The position numbers and the translations under genes were made by a program. Below the pieces are notes generated by a model, which worked only from the letters and a program-made list of their open reading frames with translations, was not told the origin of the DNA and did no database searches. A DNA stretch of 64,000 bases, from NCBI RefSeq assembly GCF_036971445.1, contig NC_091473.1:112096001-112160000 (forward strand), in the 5' to 3' direction. Positions within the stretch are counted from its first letter, which is position 1, and each line of letters starts with the position of its first letter. The stretch comes from Narcine bancroftii. Its lineage: Eukaryota. Positions 10,792-24,049 of this stretch are shown piece after piece.

Positions 10792-12660
10792 GTATGTAAT
10801 GCTATTTTCATCCTTTATTCAAACCAATTTATCTAGAGTTTAAATTGCAGTTTTCAAAGAACCAAGAAATATTTTTTTTTCCTTCTGGCTTTGTTTATCG
10901 ACGTAATGAGTATGGACAAGAATAACCATATAATGACGAAACTCAATCTTGTGTGTTCTTACCTTTCTGAAAAATGACAAACAACATATCATTTTGGCTT
11001 TATTTCAATGCAGGTTATTTAATCAGGGTTGCAAAATATTGTTATTTATTGGATCATAAACAATTTTTATTATAATTATTGCAATACATAACCATACAAG
11101 TGTTTGATTCAAATCAACTATTTTGACCCAGTTGATTAGATAAACAGAGTAGCATTGTTGCATGGTTCAGTTCTAGCAGCAAGCTGCAAGGGTCTTCTCA
11201 CATTTCTTTAATTCTGATAAGGGTCCCTGACACGAAACATGGACTCTCCATTGATGCTGTCTGGCCTGCTGAATGGTTCCAGTTTTCAATTACTCTGATT
11301 TTACTGTAACTACTATTGAATTTATTGTCACCTCCCAGGAATGCTGACTTTGAAAAAAGTTGTGTTTCTTTATCAGGCAAGACTTAAATCGGTTTCTTTT
11401 TACTGTGTTCACTCTTAATGATTTCTATTTCCCTTTGGTCATCGTTAACCAATTGAGTAAGATTAGTTTCCACAACTATTTCTTTTCACTTAACAGCTAT
11501 TTTCAGCTTCAACTTGTTCTATGGATTCCAACCGAAAATCTACCCTTAATGTTTCACTTAATACAGTGCTCCTCTCAGAGTCCAGTGTGGAAGATGCACA
11601 CTCTTCACATGTAAGACACAAGGTGGCTGACTGGCTGGGTGCATGAATAATTTGTGAGCTGGTGCACTGCTTACACAGGATATTTGCATGCCCTCAATGC
11701 ATGAAATTGAGGTTTTCATTGCCACCAAGAAAGCTTCTGCATGAAGCAAATGTGGGCCAGAAACAGAAAGCAATCAATGGTGATGATTTGAGCACATCCA
11801 TGAGTCTTGTTTTTTGTCTGCTTAGCAATCTTAGGGCAGAAGTGCTTGGAATTTGAAGCCTGCTTTGGAATTCTGCAGTCAGGTATGTGAGCAAAGAGTC
11901 ACTGAGATGCTGGATAGCTGATTTTTGATGGTGACACTCACTTCTTGAAGACAGCATTTCTCTTCTACCTTGCCCCTGTTTTTTCAGCAGGTCATCTTCT
12001 ACATGACTTCTTACTCAATGTAGCTATATTGATGTCAGTATCGGAGTTCCTAAGCTCTGAAACCAGAGCTGTGATCATGTTTGTTGCTTGTGGCAGACCA
12101 CTTTGTAGAATGGAAGTTGCTTATCTGTTTGGTTTTAACATGCAGGTAACGATTGGACGCCAGCTACCACACAAGCCTTACACAGCAAGAGCTTGGTGAT
12201 GTAACGAGGGACACCAGGCATTGCTTATGATTATTAATGCTCAATCATATAATCGACATGTGCAGTTACCATTTGGCTTTGTAACATGCACACATGTTGG
12301 CAAAAGCACAGCAATTCTTTGTCATTGCTCCCACCTCACCTCTCTCCAGGACCCTGAACATGATCACGGTTGTGTATTGTGCACTGTTTTTATTCTTCAG
12401 CTCTAGCATCCATGCCCACCTCCCTTAGGTCTTGCATCAGCTATACACCTGGTGAAATCAACCTGAAGTTGTACTTGATGTATACTTGTGTGGATATTCT
12501 TTCTACAATAGTATCAATTAACTTCATCTAAAAAAAAATTCCCAATCTACAGTTTCAACTGTATTGAATATTTTAATTTTTCCAACAACATTATTACAAT
12601 CATCATATAAATGTATTTTAAAATTACAGACTCTCATATGATTTCCCAAATGTCACCTCA

Positions 12661-12690
12661 CCCCCCCCCCCCTCCCCCCCCCCCCCCCCC
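12661..12690. repeat. Poly-C tract (G-quadruplex-prone on minus strand)
   Basis: ~30 nt of C with a single T interruption. Confidence 0.9.
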
Positions 12691-13409
12691 AACTGCTAAC
12701 ATTATGAGCATGCCTTCATTTCAACTGTATTCTTTGCTACATTTCTGTGTGGCAACAAAACCATTCTTCCTTTTAAACATTAAAGATTGCTAACTTCAAA
12801 AGATCTTCTAAATGTACTCCCCATGCCTCAGATCCTTCTTTGATCCCATCTCCCACCCTTATCTCTTTCAACCTCAAATGATCCATCCTTAGCAAAAGTC
12901 TCAGCTCCATCCCTATCTTAATGAATTCTGAGTGTGGCATGACTCTTCCTTTGATATCACTGCAGACTGGGCAATCCTGCCATTTCCAGAATCCTGTTCC
13001 AAATGGGTCCTTTGCAGCTTTCTATTCTCTCCATGTATTCACCACAAAATACAATGATCATTTGTTTTACTGGTCCTCTTAATTACTCTAATCTGTCCCC
13101 TTCTGAATTTTGCAACACTTTGCTTTTGTCATCATCAGACCTGCTGACAAGGGCAATGCTATTATGGTTTTGCAAAGGGTTAATGTCAGCCATAGAAACT
13201 TGTCTCTCTGTACTGTGACTGCATGATTGAATATCAAGTCATTGTCTCTTGGACAGTCATGGCCCAAATTTTTCCAAGAGAGTTTCCTTCGTGCTTCCAG
13301 CTTCATGGCTGCCCAATCTCACACTTCTATCTCCTGCACCAGACTCATTATCAACTCCTATAATGCTGATGACTGAATATGTGTTACTTCTTTTCATAAC
13401 ATAGCTACA

Positions 13410-13945
13410 AAAGTAGGTCTGAGGCGAGGAATCCTGCAGGAAGTAACGTGTCTAATTCCCCAAAGTCCACATGACTCTATACTGGAATGTGAGGGAATAC
13501 TCTACTTGGCTGGAATAGCGCATCTTCAACAACAACTCTAAACATTCAACACCATGCAGACATTTCAGCCTGTTTGTTAGGAATCCCATTTGCAACTATT
13601 CCCAATGCATAGTAGGAGCTTGTACCATCTACAGAATCCATTGCGGCAACTCAAAGATTCCTTAGATAACTCCTTCTAAACCTATTACCTAGAAGAAGTA
13701 TGGGAACACCACTACTTGGAAGTTCCCCTTTAAACCACACACAATTCTTATTTGAAAATGTATCACTTTTCCTTCACCATTGCTGGTCAGAATCCTGGAA
13801 TTCTCCCTGATAGCTTTGCAAGTATGTCTATATCTCAAAAACGAGAGTGATTGAAGAAGGCAGCTCATCACCATCTTAAAGGCTATAAAGTAATGGACAA
13901 TTAAATGCTGGCTTGTTCTGCAAAGTGCAAATCTGTTGATTTAAA
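13410..13945 (+). mobile_element. Old CR1/L2-group LINE 3' fragment
   Basis: Degenerate 3' end with the ...ttgaagaaggcagctcatcaccatctt...taaatgctggc tail typical of ancient vertebrate LINEs. Confidence 0.5.
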
Positions 13946-14663
13946 GAACTCAAAACAGAACTCAAAATTGTATAACCTGTCACTAATTTCTACTCTGCAA
14001 ATTTATGTGAATTGCTGTATTGTCTTTTCCTAATATTTCTTTCAAACCCATGCATCAGCTGAGCTGCCAATATCTATTATAAATGCACCAATTCACATAC
14101 CTTCTATCCTACTCTAAGGACTCCATTCTATTCTCCAATTTTTCTTTGTTTCTCTGTATCACTCAATCATCCTGCAAATTATTCCAAACAAATATTTACC
14201 CAGCCTTTAGAATCCTATATTTGAATCTGCCTTACTACTACCCCTGACAGTGTATTCCTTAAACAATCTACTTTCATGGAATACTTTTTCCTTGTATAAC
14301 TTGGTTCTTCCGCCTGTCACATTGTTTTTGTGTCCTCAAATTCTGTAACTTTGCCATTGGAAGTATCTATCCATTTCATCAATAGCCTTCATGATTTTAA
14401 ATATCTCTGAAACACATCCTTGTAAATCTTATTTGTTCTAACGAGAATGTCCTTAGTTCCTTCATTTTGTCTTGGTAACTAAAATCCCTCATCCTAGGGA
14501 TCATTTTGGAAAATATCTTTGGCACCCATTTGATAAATTTTTCATTAAAGTGATCAAGTATGAAGTAGAAGAATTTCTACATGGAGTACCATATGAACTT
14601 CCCTTGTTTATGTCTCATTTTACCTTTTGTTCTTCAATGCATTTAAAACTTTGTATTTTATAG

Positions 14664-14786
14664 GATCAACACCCCAAGAAAGCAAGGTGGACTTGGTCCA
14701 ACAAAAATCCCTTTGGTGTCTGATCTCCGTCACACAATCTGCTTAGATTATGGCATCTTAAAGGAGGATGAAGGCATTGCTTTCCG
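14664..14786 (+). CDS. PRDX1: Peroxiredoxin-1, coding exon 3 ([41 protein letters not shown])
   Basis: ttttatag| ... CG|gtcagt; 123 nt; contains the GGLG motif and catalytic Arg128 (split codon). Confidence 0.96.
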
Positions 14787-14983
14787 GTCAGTTGCTAGGA
14801 TTGAGAATGCAAGAATAAATAATGGGATAAAACTGCAGAATTAGTGAAAATATAGATAAAGAAATTAAAAGCTAACAGCTTTGTTAGATATGTTTTATCT
14901 AAAATGGCTCTTTGTACTAACCTATACCTGCTTATTTGGTGTTCTTGGAGAGTAGTTTTCTATGCATTTGTATGAGAATTTAT

Positions 14984-17334
14984 GTTCAGCGCCTCATGGA
15001 CATGGTCGGCAGAGATCTGCTTTTTCTTTTCAGCTACCTTGACGACATCCTAGTAGCCAGCAACTCGCCTGTGGAGCACATGATGCATCCCCACCAGCTT
15101 TTTACTCGCCTCACACAGTTCGGTCTCATCATTAACTCAGAAGTATCAGTTCGGCCTCACTGAAATAGACTTTCTGGGCTACAAAATTACCACTGCCGGC
15201 AGCTCCCCTTTACCAGACAAAGTAGATGCCATACAACACTTTGTCAGACTGACAACACTGAAGGGCCTTCAGGAGTTTGTGGGCATGGTAAATTTCTACA
15301 ACAGATTCATTCATGCGGCAGCTAAGATTATGCGCCCTCTCTTCATGTTAATATCGGGCTCGTCCAAAGAGCATGAATGAACCGATGCGGCTCATAACAC
15401 TTTCGAACAGACCAAAGAGGTCCTGGCCCACACAATGATGCTAGTACATCCACGGATAAATGAACCACCAGCCCTCACAGTCGAAGTGTCCATCACAGCA
15501 GTGGGCGCTGTCCTGGAACAGTTCATTGATGACTCATGGAGACCCCTTGCCTTTTTCAGTCGGAACTTGCGGCCACCCGAACTGAACTACAGTGCGTTTG
15601 ACCGGGAACTGCTTGTCCTCTACCTGGCTGTCTGCCACTTCTGCTACTTCCTCGAAGGGCATCCATTCACCATCTAGACTGATCACAAGCTGCTTACTTT
15701 TACCTTCTTAAAGTCCTCCAACCCGTGGTCTGCCTCACAACAGAGACACTTATTCTATTTCTCTGAATTCACCACTGGCTATCCAACATCTTTCAGGAAA
15801 GCACAGTGTGGTTGCAGACACATTTTCCAGGCTGGCAGTCGATGCTATGTTGCAAGGCATCGATTACCATGATCTGGCTCGGGCACAACAGAACAACCCC
15901 GAGACTCTGTTTCAGGACTGCAATCACGGGGCTGCAACTCCAAGACCTCCCACTTGAAAGCTGATGGCACTTCTCTCCTCTGCGACATTTCCAACCTCTC
16001 ATCCCCGCCCAATGGAGGAGAACAGTTTTCGACATGATCCGCAGTTCGTCCCACCCCTCCATCGCAAAACAGTGTGACTGGTGTCTGCAAAATTTGTGTG
16101 GCATGGACCACATAAACAGGTCGCAGAGTGGGCAAAAGTCTGCAGGCTAGACGGCCAAGGTCCAGTGGCACAGCAAGCTCCAGCAGTTCGAAGCCCTGAC
16201 CCACAGGTTCCGATACGTCAATCTCGACATAGTTGGATCCCTGCCAGTGTCACGAGGTTCATGCTACCTACTCACGGTGGATAGATTCACTCGCTGGCCA
16301 GAGGCCATTCCCATTCTGGACGCCTCCACAGAGACATGCATCAGAGCTTTCCTCACCACCTGGGTCTCCTGCTTTGGAGTCCTGGCAGACGTTACAATAC
16401 CAAGGGACACAATTCACCTCCGCCCTGTGGATAGAACTCTACAGACTCTTGGGCACCCAACTGCATCGCACCACGGCTTACCACCTCCAAGCCAATGGAC
16501 TAGTCGAGTGTTTCCATCACCATCTCAAATCGGCACTGATGGCATGCCTCAAGAGCCCAACTAGTTGGACGAACTGCCCTGGGTTTTCCTGGGGATTCGC
16601 ACAAATGCCAAAGATGGCCTCGTCTGCTGAAATAGTCTACGGAGAGACCATCGCAGTACTGGGCCAATTCCTTCCCCCAGCAACCAAGCAAGGTGCCGAC
16701 ACTGCCATAGTTCTCAAAAAGCTGCGTGACAAACTGGGCTTCATTGCACCATCCCCACCATTGCGACGCGGCCAACCTCCTTGCAACTATCCCCGCAGAC
16801 TTGTCCTCATGTGAGTAGGTGTTCGTGCGCAGGTGCATTCACAGGATTTACCCCCCCCTTCAGCGACCTTATGAGGTCTATACAGTGTGGACGCTTTGAC
16901 ATTCACCCTTGTCATTGGAGGCAAGGAAGAATTTTTCATGCTGGACCAGTTAAAACCAGCTCATCTGGACTTGTCCCAGCCAGTGCAGGTTCCTCCACCA
17001 CTGTGTAGAGGTTGGCTGCCAAAACAACACACCTGGCCCTCGATGCATCCCGAGACCATCAATGCTGGTTCTGCGTGGGGGTTTTGTGGCAATACACATT
17101 TGCAATGGTGAACCGGCCCCATTTGCCATGCACGGTTGGCAGGGCAACCGTGGCAAGAATGGCTAGACTGGAAGGTCGCGTACACAAATGGCATCGGGAT
17201 ACAAGCGCCGGGATGTTAGGGGTGGGTCCGAGGACAGGCTAAAAAGCTGCAGCACGGAATTCAAAATAAACCAGTTGTGATACTCAAGCTTACAGTCTGC
17301 TGTCTAAGTCTCTTTGCTTCACTCGCTCACAACA
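14984..17334 (+). mobile_element. 5'-truncated, decayed Ty3/Gypsy retrotransposon (RT, RNase H, integrase, PPT, 3' LTR) in PRDX1 intron
   Basis: FQRLMD...YLDDILVAS (RT); RPLAFFSR..YSAFDRELL (RNase H); DRFTRWPEA, TTAYH.QANGLVE (integrase). G-rich tract, then LTR from TG at 17085 with AATAAA at 17265-17270. Many stops and frameshifts. Confidence 0.92.
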
Positions 17335-18002
17335 CGAGGACCCTGAGAGTGATCTTCATCATGTTTTGTCTCTTCGATGGTATTGGTGTTCTGTAACATG
17401 ATTAGGAGCCCATATAAGGAGTGAGGTCTGAGACAAAGGGGATACCCTTGGTCTGAAGAACCAGCATTCTGTTTATTTAGCGTGTGTGGTTAGTTTGAAA
17501 GTGAAGGAATTATTTGAGTTTTCTGGAGATGAAACATTCACTGCAGAGATTTTCATCTTGTGATCACAAAAGCACTTCACTATAAAGGAGTGACATCCCC
17601 AAAGAACCCACTGTTTCTTGTAGATGGTGTGGATCTGTGTGAATTGTTGGTATTAACTTTAATGCCATCAGATTGCCAACTTTTACATTTTCCAATATGT
17701 AGAAGTTGGAGTTTGAGTGAAGGAGCTGAAGTCATGCAAGACCCAAACTTTCAAATAGCAGATTGCTGCTTTCATTCAAGTTATACTCTTGTATTGGACT
17801 CCTCATATAGTCAAACAGTCTAGAGTGAACTTAAGTAGTTGACATACATATCTATATAAAAATAGATATATAGATATTTTTATTTATTGTAGTGTGTAAA
17901 TTTTAAATAATTTGAATGTATTTTTTTCAGTTTTCCTAGTACTGTTCTTTAAATGATTTAATGTGTACAATGTTTAATTTGTAACTGCTTTTGTTCCCTC
18001 AG

Positions 18003-18133
18003 TGGTTTGTTCATCATTGATAATACTGGTATACTGCGTCAGATCATGATCAATGACCTCCCTGTTGGACGTTCAGTGGATGAAGTTATGAGGTTGGTTC
18101 AAGCATTCCAGTTTACAGATGAACATGGAGAAG
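18003..18133 (+). CDS. PRDX1: Peroxiredoxin-1, coding exon 4 ([43 protein letters not shown])
   Basis: ttgttccctcag| ... G|gtaatg; 131 nt. Confidence 0.97.
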
Positions 18134-18264
18134 GTAATGCGTATTTGACATGCAATAATTTTATAAAATATACTTCCCCAGAAATTCTTATTACATCGAA
18201 CAATCCTTTTTTCTGCAAGAATGTTATTGAATCATTGATTATTCAATCAGGATTTTTATACATT

Positions 18265-18495
18265 TTTAAAATTTAGAAATACAGCACAGAAACATGCCCT
18301 TATGGTCCACGAGCCTACGTTGCCCAATTACACCTATGTGATCAATTAATCTACTAAAATCTTTGCAATGGTAGGAGACCAGAGCACCAGGAAAAAACCC
18401 ACACAGACATGGGGAGAATTTGGAGACACTTTACAGACAGTGCCAGATTCGAACCAGGGTTGCTGGTGCTGTGACAGCATTTCGCTAACTGCCAC
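18265..18495 (-). mobile_element. V-SINE (HE1-like)
   Basis: Minus-strand tRNA-like head (ggttcgaatc B-box) and core matching the other SINE copies. Confidence 0.75.
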
Positions 18496-18779
18496 ATTTT
18501 AAGGATACTAGTATTTTTGATCTGAGGCTATTCTAATTGAAGTTTATGAGAATACAGTGCACATCTGTGAATCTAAAACAGATTGCATGGCAAACTTAGG
18601 GTCCTATCAGCCTTAGTGACTCATGATCTCCCTGTTAAATGCACACCCCTGACTTTCTTAAGGAGGAATGTGAATTTAGTGGAGCAGTTTGAAAACCACA
18701 GATCTAAAAGGAGAGAAATTGCAAATTAGTGAAGTTAGAAGGATGTAGTATGATTGTTGAAATAGAACATTATTGGAAA

Positions 18780-19230
18780 GTTAGCAGGTAGCTAAAAAAA
18801 ATTAAGAAAATAAATAGCAAATTGGCCTTTATCCCAAAGAAATTGAAGTTTAAAAATTGGAGATTTTGTTACAATTGTTGGTGAGTCCTGGAGTACTGTG
18901 TCTAGTTTTGCTAGAGGCTGTCCAAAGGAGATTCACCAAGTGAATTTCAAGGATAAGAGACTAGACAATTTGGCCTCTTTTCCTTGGAGTTTAGCAAAAT
19001 TAGTGTGACCTTTTTCAAAGAGGAAAGGTCTTAATGGGGCTTTGCAGAGAGCAGATATTTCCTTTGTGGGAGAATCATGACAAGGTGGACATAATTAAAA
19101 GGTAAGGGGCCAGTTATTTAAAGCTGAGGAATATCTGGAATTCTCTGCTCCAGAAGATGGTGGTGCCAGTTTAATAGAAATACTTGGAGATAATTTATTT
19201 GAAAGAGTGGGGAATGAGGGCTCTGGGAAA
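18780..19230 (+). mobile_element. Old CR1 3' fragment
   Basis: Degenerate ctggagtactgtgt...gtccaaaggagattcacc (LEYCV..VQRRFT) remnant. Confidence 0.55.
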
Positions 19231-19815
19231 CATGATGTATATTTTGGATTTAAACTTTTTTTTTGCTCTTGTTGGTTTGAATGAGTCTTGGTTCTTTTAT
19301 TTTCATTGATCTTGAAAGTTCCTTCTTTACTCTGATCATTTGACTACATGAATATGAACATGGGACATTTTCTTTGGCTTTGGCAAGTTGGAGAAAGTGG
19401 TTCAAAAGTGGGTCAAACAGAATCTTTGGGGGAGAAAGAATTCTAACCCCCCCCCCCCCACTCCCCCACAAAGATGCTGCTTAACTAGCTGAGTTCCTCC
19501 AGCATATTGGGTTTTTTTTTACTCTAGGTTCCAGCATCTGCAGTCTCATGTTTTAAAAAGAATTAAGGAGTCATGTACCTACCATGGATCATATTGACCT
19601 AAATACGTGGAAGGGTTATGCTGCTTTGTATTAAACTAACAATAGCAGAGGTGAAATACTTAATCATATGTTGGACCTGAAAACTGGACTAAATAGATGT
19701 AGTTGAGACTTTGCACAATTTTCAAAATCTGGTTCATTGCCTTGAACATCACAAAATTTGTTGTTTTGTGGCAGCTGTATTGTGCATTACAGGTATAAAA
19801 TTAGCTATTGATATC

Positions 19816-22311
19816 TGTAGTGGCCTTGTAGATAGTCTACAACTTGCAGAAATCTAGCAAACCGGCACGGGACATCATAATGTCATGACATAGCGTGTGT
19901 GGTTCAGTGTTATAAAAGAATACACATATGACTCAAGTAAACGAGTTCTGATTTACCAGAACTGTGTGTGTCATTATTTTGCATTCACCAGCCACTGCTG
20001 CATTTTCAATGGCTACAATTGGTAACCCTGATGGGTCCAAAATGAGCTTTTGGACAATATGGTTTCAGCAGCTGTTGCTATTAAGCTACTGCCCTTCTGG
20101 ATGGCAGAACCAGAGCTGTGGTTTTGACCGGCTGAGCCACAATTTCACCTCAGGAAGATCGAGGTAGATGCGACCCGCTCTTATCACCTCATCAATGCCT
20201 TGGACCAAGCCATTGCCAAGTGAGTTGGTGATGTCCTGCATGATCCACCAGAACCTGGAGAGCGCAAGTATGACACTACTTCCCAAGGCACACTTTCAAC
20301 ACATCAGCTCTTATAACGAGTCAACGTCTCAAGTCAGGCAGACAACCTGTCGATACTTTCACCTGCTGTCTTTACACCACCGTTGGGGCATCAATGCACA
20401 AAGGTGCTTCCCACCCTGTGTATTGTCAGGAAATGCCTTGGCTGACCATTGTTAATGGCTGCGACAGTTGGCTGAAAATCTACGAGCCTTCTAAATGCTT
20501 GGGATCAGCTATCCCAAAGTAAATTTTTTTTCCACCAACCGGTTTCATTACACATTATCATAACCCTAACCTCCAACTCACAGCAGTCAATAGTTCCAAC
20601 ATACTCACGTATGACACCAAAAAAAATGAATGTTCCGTTCGAGAGGAACATTTTCACATGGTCTTTTATTATAGTGGCCATTGGCATTCTTTAGCCACCA
20701 CCTCTGTGAGGTCAAGAGAAAGGTTATTTGATAAAGAGCTCCTGGTCATATATTTGACTATCTGTCACTTCCATTACTTTTTGGAAGGCTGACACTTCAC
20801 CATGTTCACAGGCCATAAACCTTTGACCTTTGTGATTTTGAAGGTGGCGGAGCCCTGGTCAGCTCAACAACAGTGGCAGTAATTTTTCATTTTGGAATTC
20901 TCTACCAGAATAATACACATTTCTAGAAAAGACAATGTACTGGCTGATGTACCTTCCCATTCAATTGTGCTCAAGGTGTTAGGTATGGACTATGGTATTG
21001 ATTACACGGCTCTCACTGCTGCCCAAGCACAAGATGGTGAGATGGAGTTGTATCACACCTCGATAACCAATGTACAATGGAAGGATGTGCAAATCTATGC
21101 TGATGGCAAGCTGCTCTTTTGTGTTGTGCCAACAGAACATCCACGGAGATGTTGCATTTTTGATTCTATGGTCTTTCTCATCCATCAGATCGACTGTTTG
21201 TCTGATTTCAGATAGATTTGTTTGGCAGGGTCTGAAGAAAGATGTCATACAAATGGCCAGATCTTGTGCAGCTTGTCAAAAATTCAAAATCCATCAGCAT
21301 ACGAAAGCACCGCTACAACCCTTCCCACCAGTAACTTGTCACTTTGACCATGTCCATGTGGACATTGTGGGACAAATTCCAGTTTCACAAGGCTACTGCT
21401 ATCTCTTCACGATGATTGATAGGTTTACGAGGTGACCTAAAGGCAGTCCCCATGGTGGCTTGCTTTGGCCTACTAGCACACGTCAATTCTGACAGAGGGC
21501 ATCACTTTATATCTTCATTATGGATAGCCTTAACTCGGCTGCTCTGCTCTAGGCTTCAGCATGCAAGTGTCTATCACCTGCAGTCCAACAGGATGGTCAC
21601 CTTAAATCAGCCTTAATGGCCCGTTTGGGTGGTCCCAACTGGGCAGACGAATTACCATGGGTGTTGCTCAACATTAGGACAACTCCAAAAGAGGATCTTC
21701 ATATATTTGCCTGCGGAGCTTGTATGGTTCCAGGGGACTTTGTTCTAAGTGGATCCAGTGAAAATGAAGATCACAAAGAGCTGCTGAGGTAATGGATACT
21801 GTAGGCAAATTATCCCTTGTACCACCATCATCATGTGGCAAACATGTTTCTTTTGTACCACACAAACTGAAGGATGTGAATATATGTTTGTTTGTAGAAG
21901 AACACATGGATAGTCCTTGCAGTCACTAAATGAAGGACGATACAGGGTGATAAGACAAATGAGGCCAACCTGCATTTTGGACATTGCCAGGCAACCTCCG
22001 TCATTCACAATTGACAGGCTCAAACGTGCCCATATTGACAAAACTGCCCCAATTCAACAGCCAGCAGTCCAACACAGGGGTCGACCTCCCTAAAAAACTA
22101 CCAGGTGATAGTGCCGGTTCTGGGGGTTTGGGGGCGAGGGCATATAGCGGTGCTATACAACTCCCAGAAATTTAGTGAAACGGCACGGGATGTCAACATC
22201 ATGACATGGCATGCGTGGTTCAGTGTTTTAAAAGAATACACGCGTGACTCAAGAAAACTAGTTCTGATTTATCTGCGACTGTGCGTGTTATTATTTTGCG
22301 TTCATCAGTCA
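19816..22311 (+). mobile_element. Internally deleted Gypsy element with both LTRs and tRNA-Trp-like PBS in last PRDX1 intron
   Basis: 5' LTR TGTAG..CTACA (19816-20017); PBS TGGTAACCCTGA at 20020; RNase H/integrase remnants (HVDIVG..P.SQG..YLFTMIDRFTR); G-rich PPT ~22121-22142; diverged, truncated 3' LTR 22143-22311. Confidence 0.88.
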
Positions 22312-22913
22312 TTAAAAAAAATACATTGGTGCAAATGACGGCCCCACCAGCCGCCCACCGACAGCCCTGGATGACCACCTTGGCCACCCGTGGAGATTTT
22401 TCAATTAATACCTTGCCAAATAAATAATCTGAATTGATGGGTGTTATTGTAATAAGAAATGCTCATTGATGTTTTATTTAATGGAACAACAAACTGAACA
22501 AAGTAGTTCGAAGTATAGAATAAAATCTTAACTAAATATGTTGGTTTCTGGAGTTGCTATCTATATGCACAACCTGTGTGGTGGTGGTGGTTTTTTGTGT
22601 GTTTTAAATATGGGGCACTGATGTCAGTGGCAGCCCTAGGGCATCACTTGATCTAGATATGGCACTGCCTGTGCATTGGCACTTCCACACCAGTCAGAAT
22701 GCTCTCCATGGTACCCAGGTAGAAATTTGCTAGAATATTTGGTGACATACCAAATCTAATTTTGCTTTCACCTTTGCCCTCTTTGAATGAAACAGCAGTG
22801 GATAAAAAAAATTTAATTGTTAATTCTAATTTTGTCTGATTATGCCATTATAACTATAAACAACATGAAATTCTGAATGCAGTTTCATCAGTTGTAAAAA
22901 TTGATTTGTATTA

Positions 22914-23503
22914 TGTGGCAGAGTATATAGATTGTGAGTGCTTAGTTCAGCTTGGTCAAAGCCCTTGTGGTTCATGCAAGAGGAAAGGACTGGCTGTCTA
23001 ATGTTTCACTTGGAATAAGAGAATTAAAAAGGCACTCTGATGACCTGAAAGAAAGAGGTTATCATCTGGAGAACCCTGAGGGGGCAAGTTTCTTCGGCAA
23101 GACACTGAAGTGGCTGGGTGTCTAGTGTACAATAAATCTCTCTCTGAAGACCAACAAGAACCTTCCTGAGCAGTAACCATTTACCTTTCAAGCACCAAAG
23201 CCTGGTGAACTTTATAAATGTTAAATTCTGTCACAGTATAAGAATTGCCTGCAACCAGTGAACTTGGAGGAATGAGAAGTGAGATTGGACTGTGAACCAA
23301 AGAACTTTTCTGAATTTACACACACATTACACACACGTGCACTTAGAAGGGGGGTAAGTTAGGTTAGGTAAGTCAATAGTGATAAGTTAAAGTTTGATAG
23401 TTTTCATGCTTAAAGATAATTAAAAGCAACTTTTGTTTAAGTAACCATTTGTCTTGGTGAATATCTATTGCTGCTGGGTTTTGGGGTCTCTGGGTTTGTA
23501 ACA
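22914..23503. mobile_element. LTR-like repeat (shorter/deleted copy of element at 245-1244)
   Basis: TGTGGCA...TGTAACA termini; high similarity to 662-1230; no clear TSD. Confidence 0.75.
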
Positions 23504-23528
23504 GTGATTATGTTTTCCTCTCTTACAG

Positions 23529-23614
23529 TTTGCCCTGCTAATTGGAAACCTGGTGGTGAAACCATCACACCTGATATTGAAAAGAGCAAGAATTACTTTT
23601 CAAAACAGAAATAA
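23529..23614 (+). CDS. PRDX1: Peroxiredoxin-1, last coding exon with resolving Cys173 ([28 protein letters not shown])
   Basis: ctctcttacag| acceptor; TAA at 23612-23614; YF motif. The joined CDS is 600 nt/199 aa with no disruption. Confidence 0.97.
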
Positions 23615-24049
23615 TTTATTTTGTGGATGAATGCAGCCAGTATGGCACATTAGTTATGTATGTGTCTGATAAAGCTGTTTTTTTTGTGAGGAGATATTTT
23701 GGTGATTTTTGTTTTGCTGTTCCTAATACTGAGAGGAGAAGGGTACATTATAAGCATTGAAATAACCATCTGCATGATCTTGTTTGATGAGAACATGAAT
23801 TGGAGAAATGAGTGCAGGAGTCAGTTTACCCTGACTAATCTTCTATTTTATTTCAGTTCCTAGAAAATTGTGAGGCTCTAAGTTTATTGTGCGAATCTCC
23901 ATGCCTTATCTCAATTGTAGGTCTTTTTGAGCCACGCTGTGCATCAGAATTGGTCTTGCAAAAGTTGTCCTATTTTGAGAATAGTTTTCTACAAAACTGA
24001 AATGCTCCCATGTTTGATGATGTGATTAGGTGTCAGAGTTGTGGCTCTG

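Noticed and set aside
11560-12490. Cluster of short ORFs in a PRDX1 intron as a nested gene
   Set aside because: No recognisable protein motif or consistent splice pattern; probably an old degraded repeat I cannot classify.
12611-12793. Poly-proline ORF
   Set aside because: Translation of an intronic poly-C tract.
7556-23614. Calling the peroxiredoxin PRDX2/PRDX3 or a pseudogene
   Set aside because: 199-aa length, AVMPxGQF, FSKQK end, no targeting peptide and AKR1A1 adjacency indicate PRDX1; frame and splice sites are intact.
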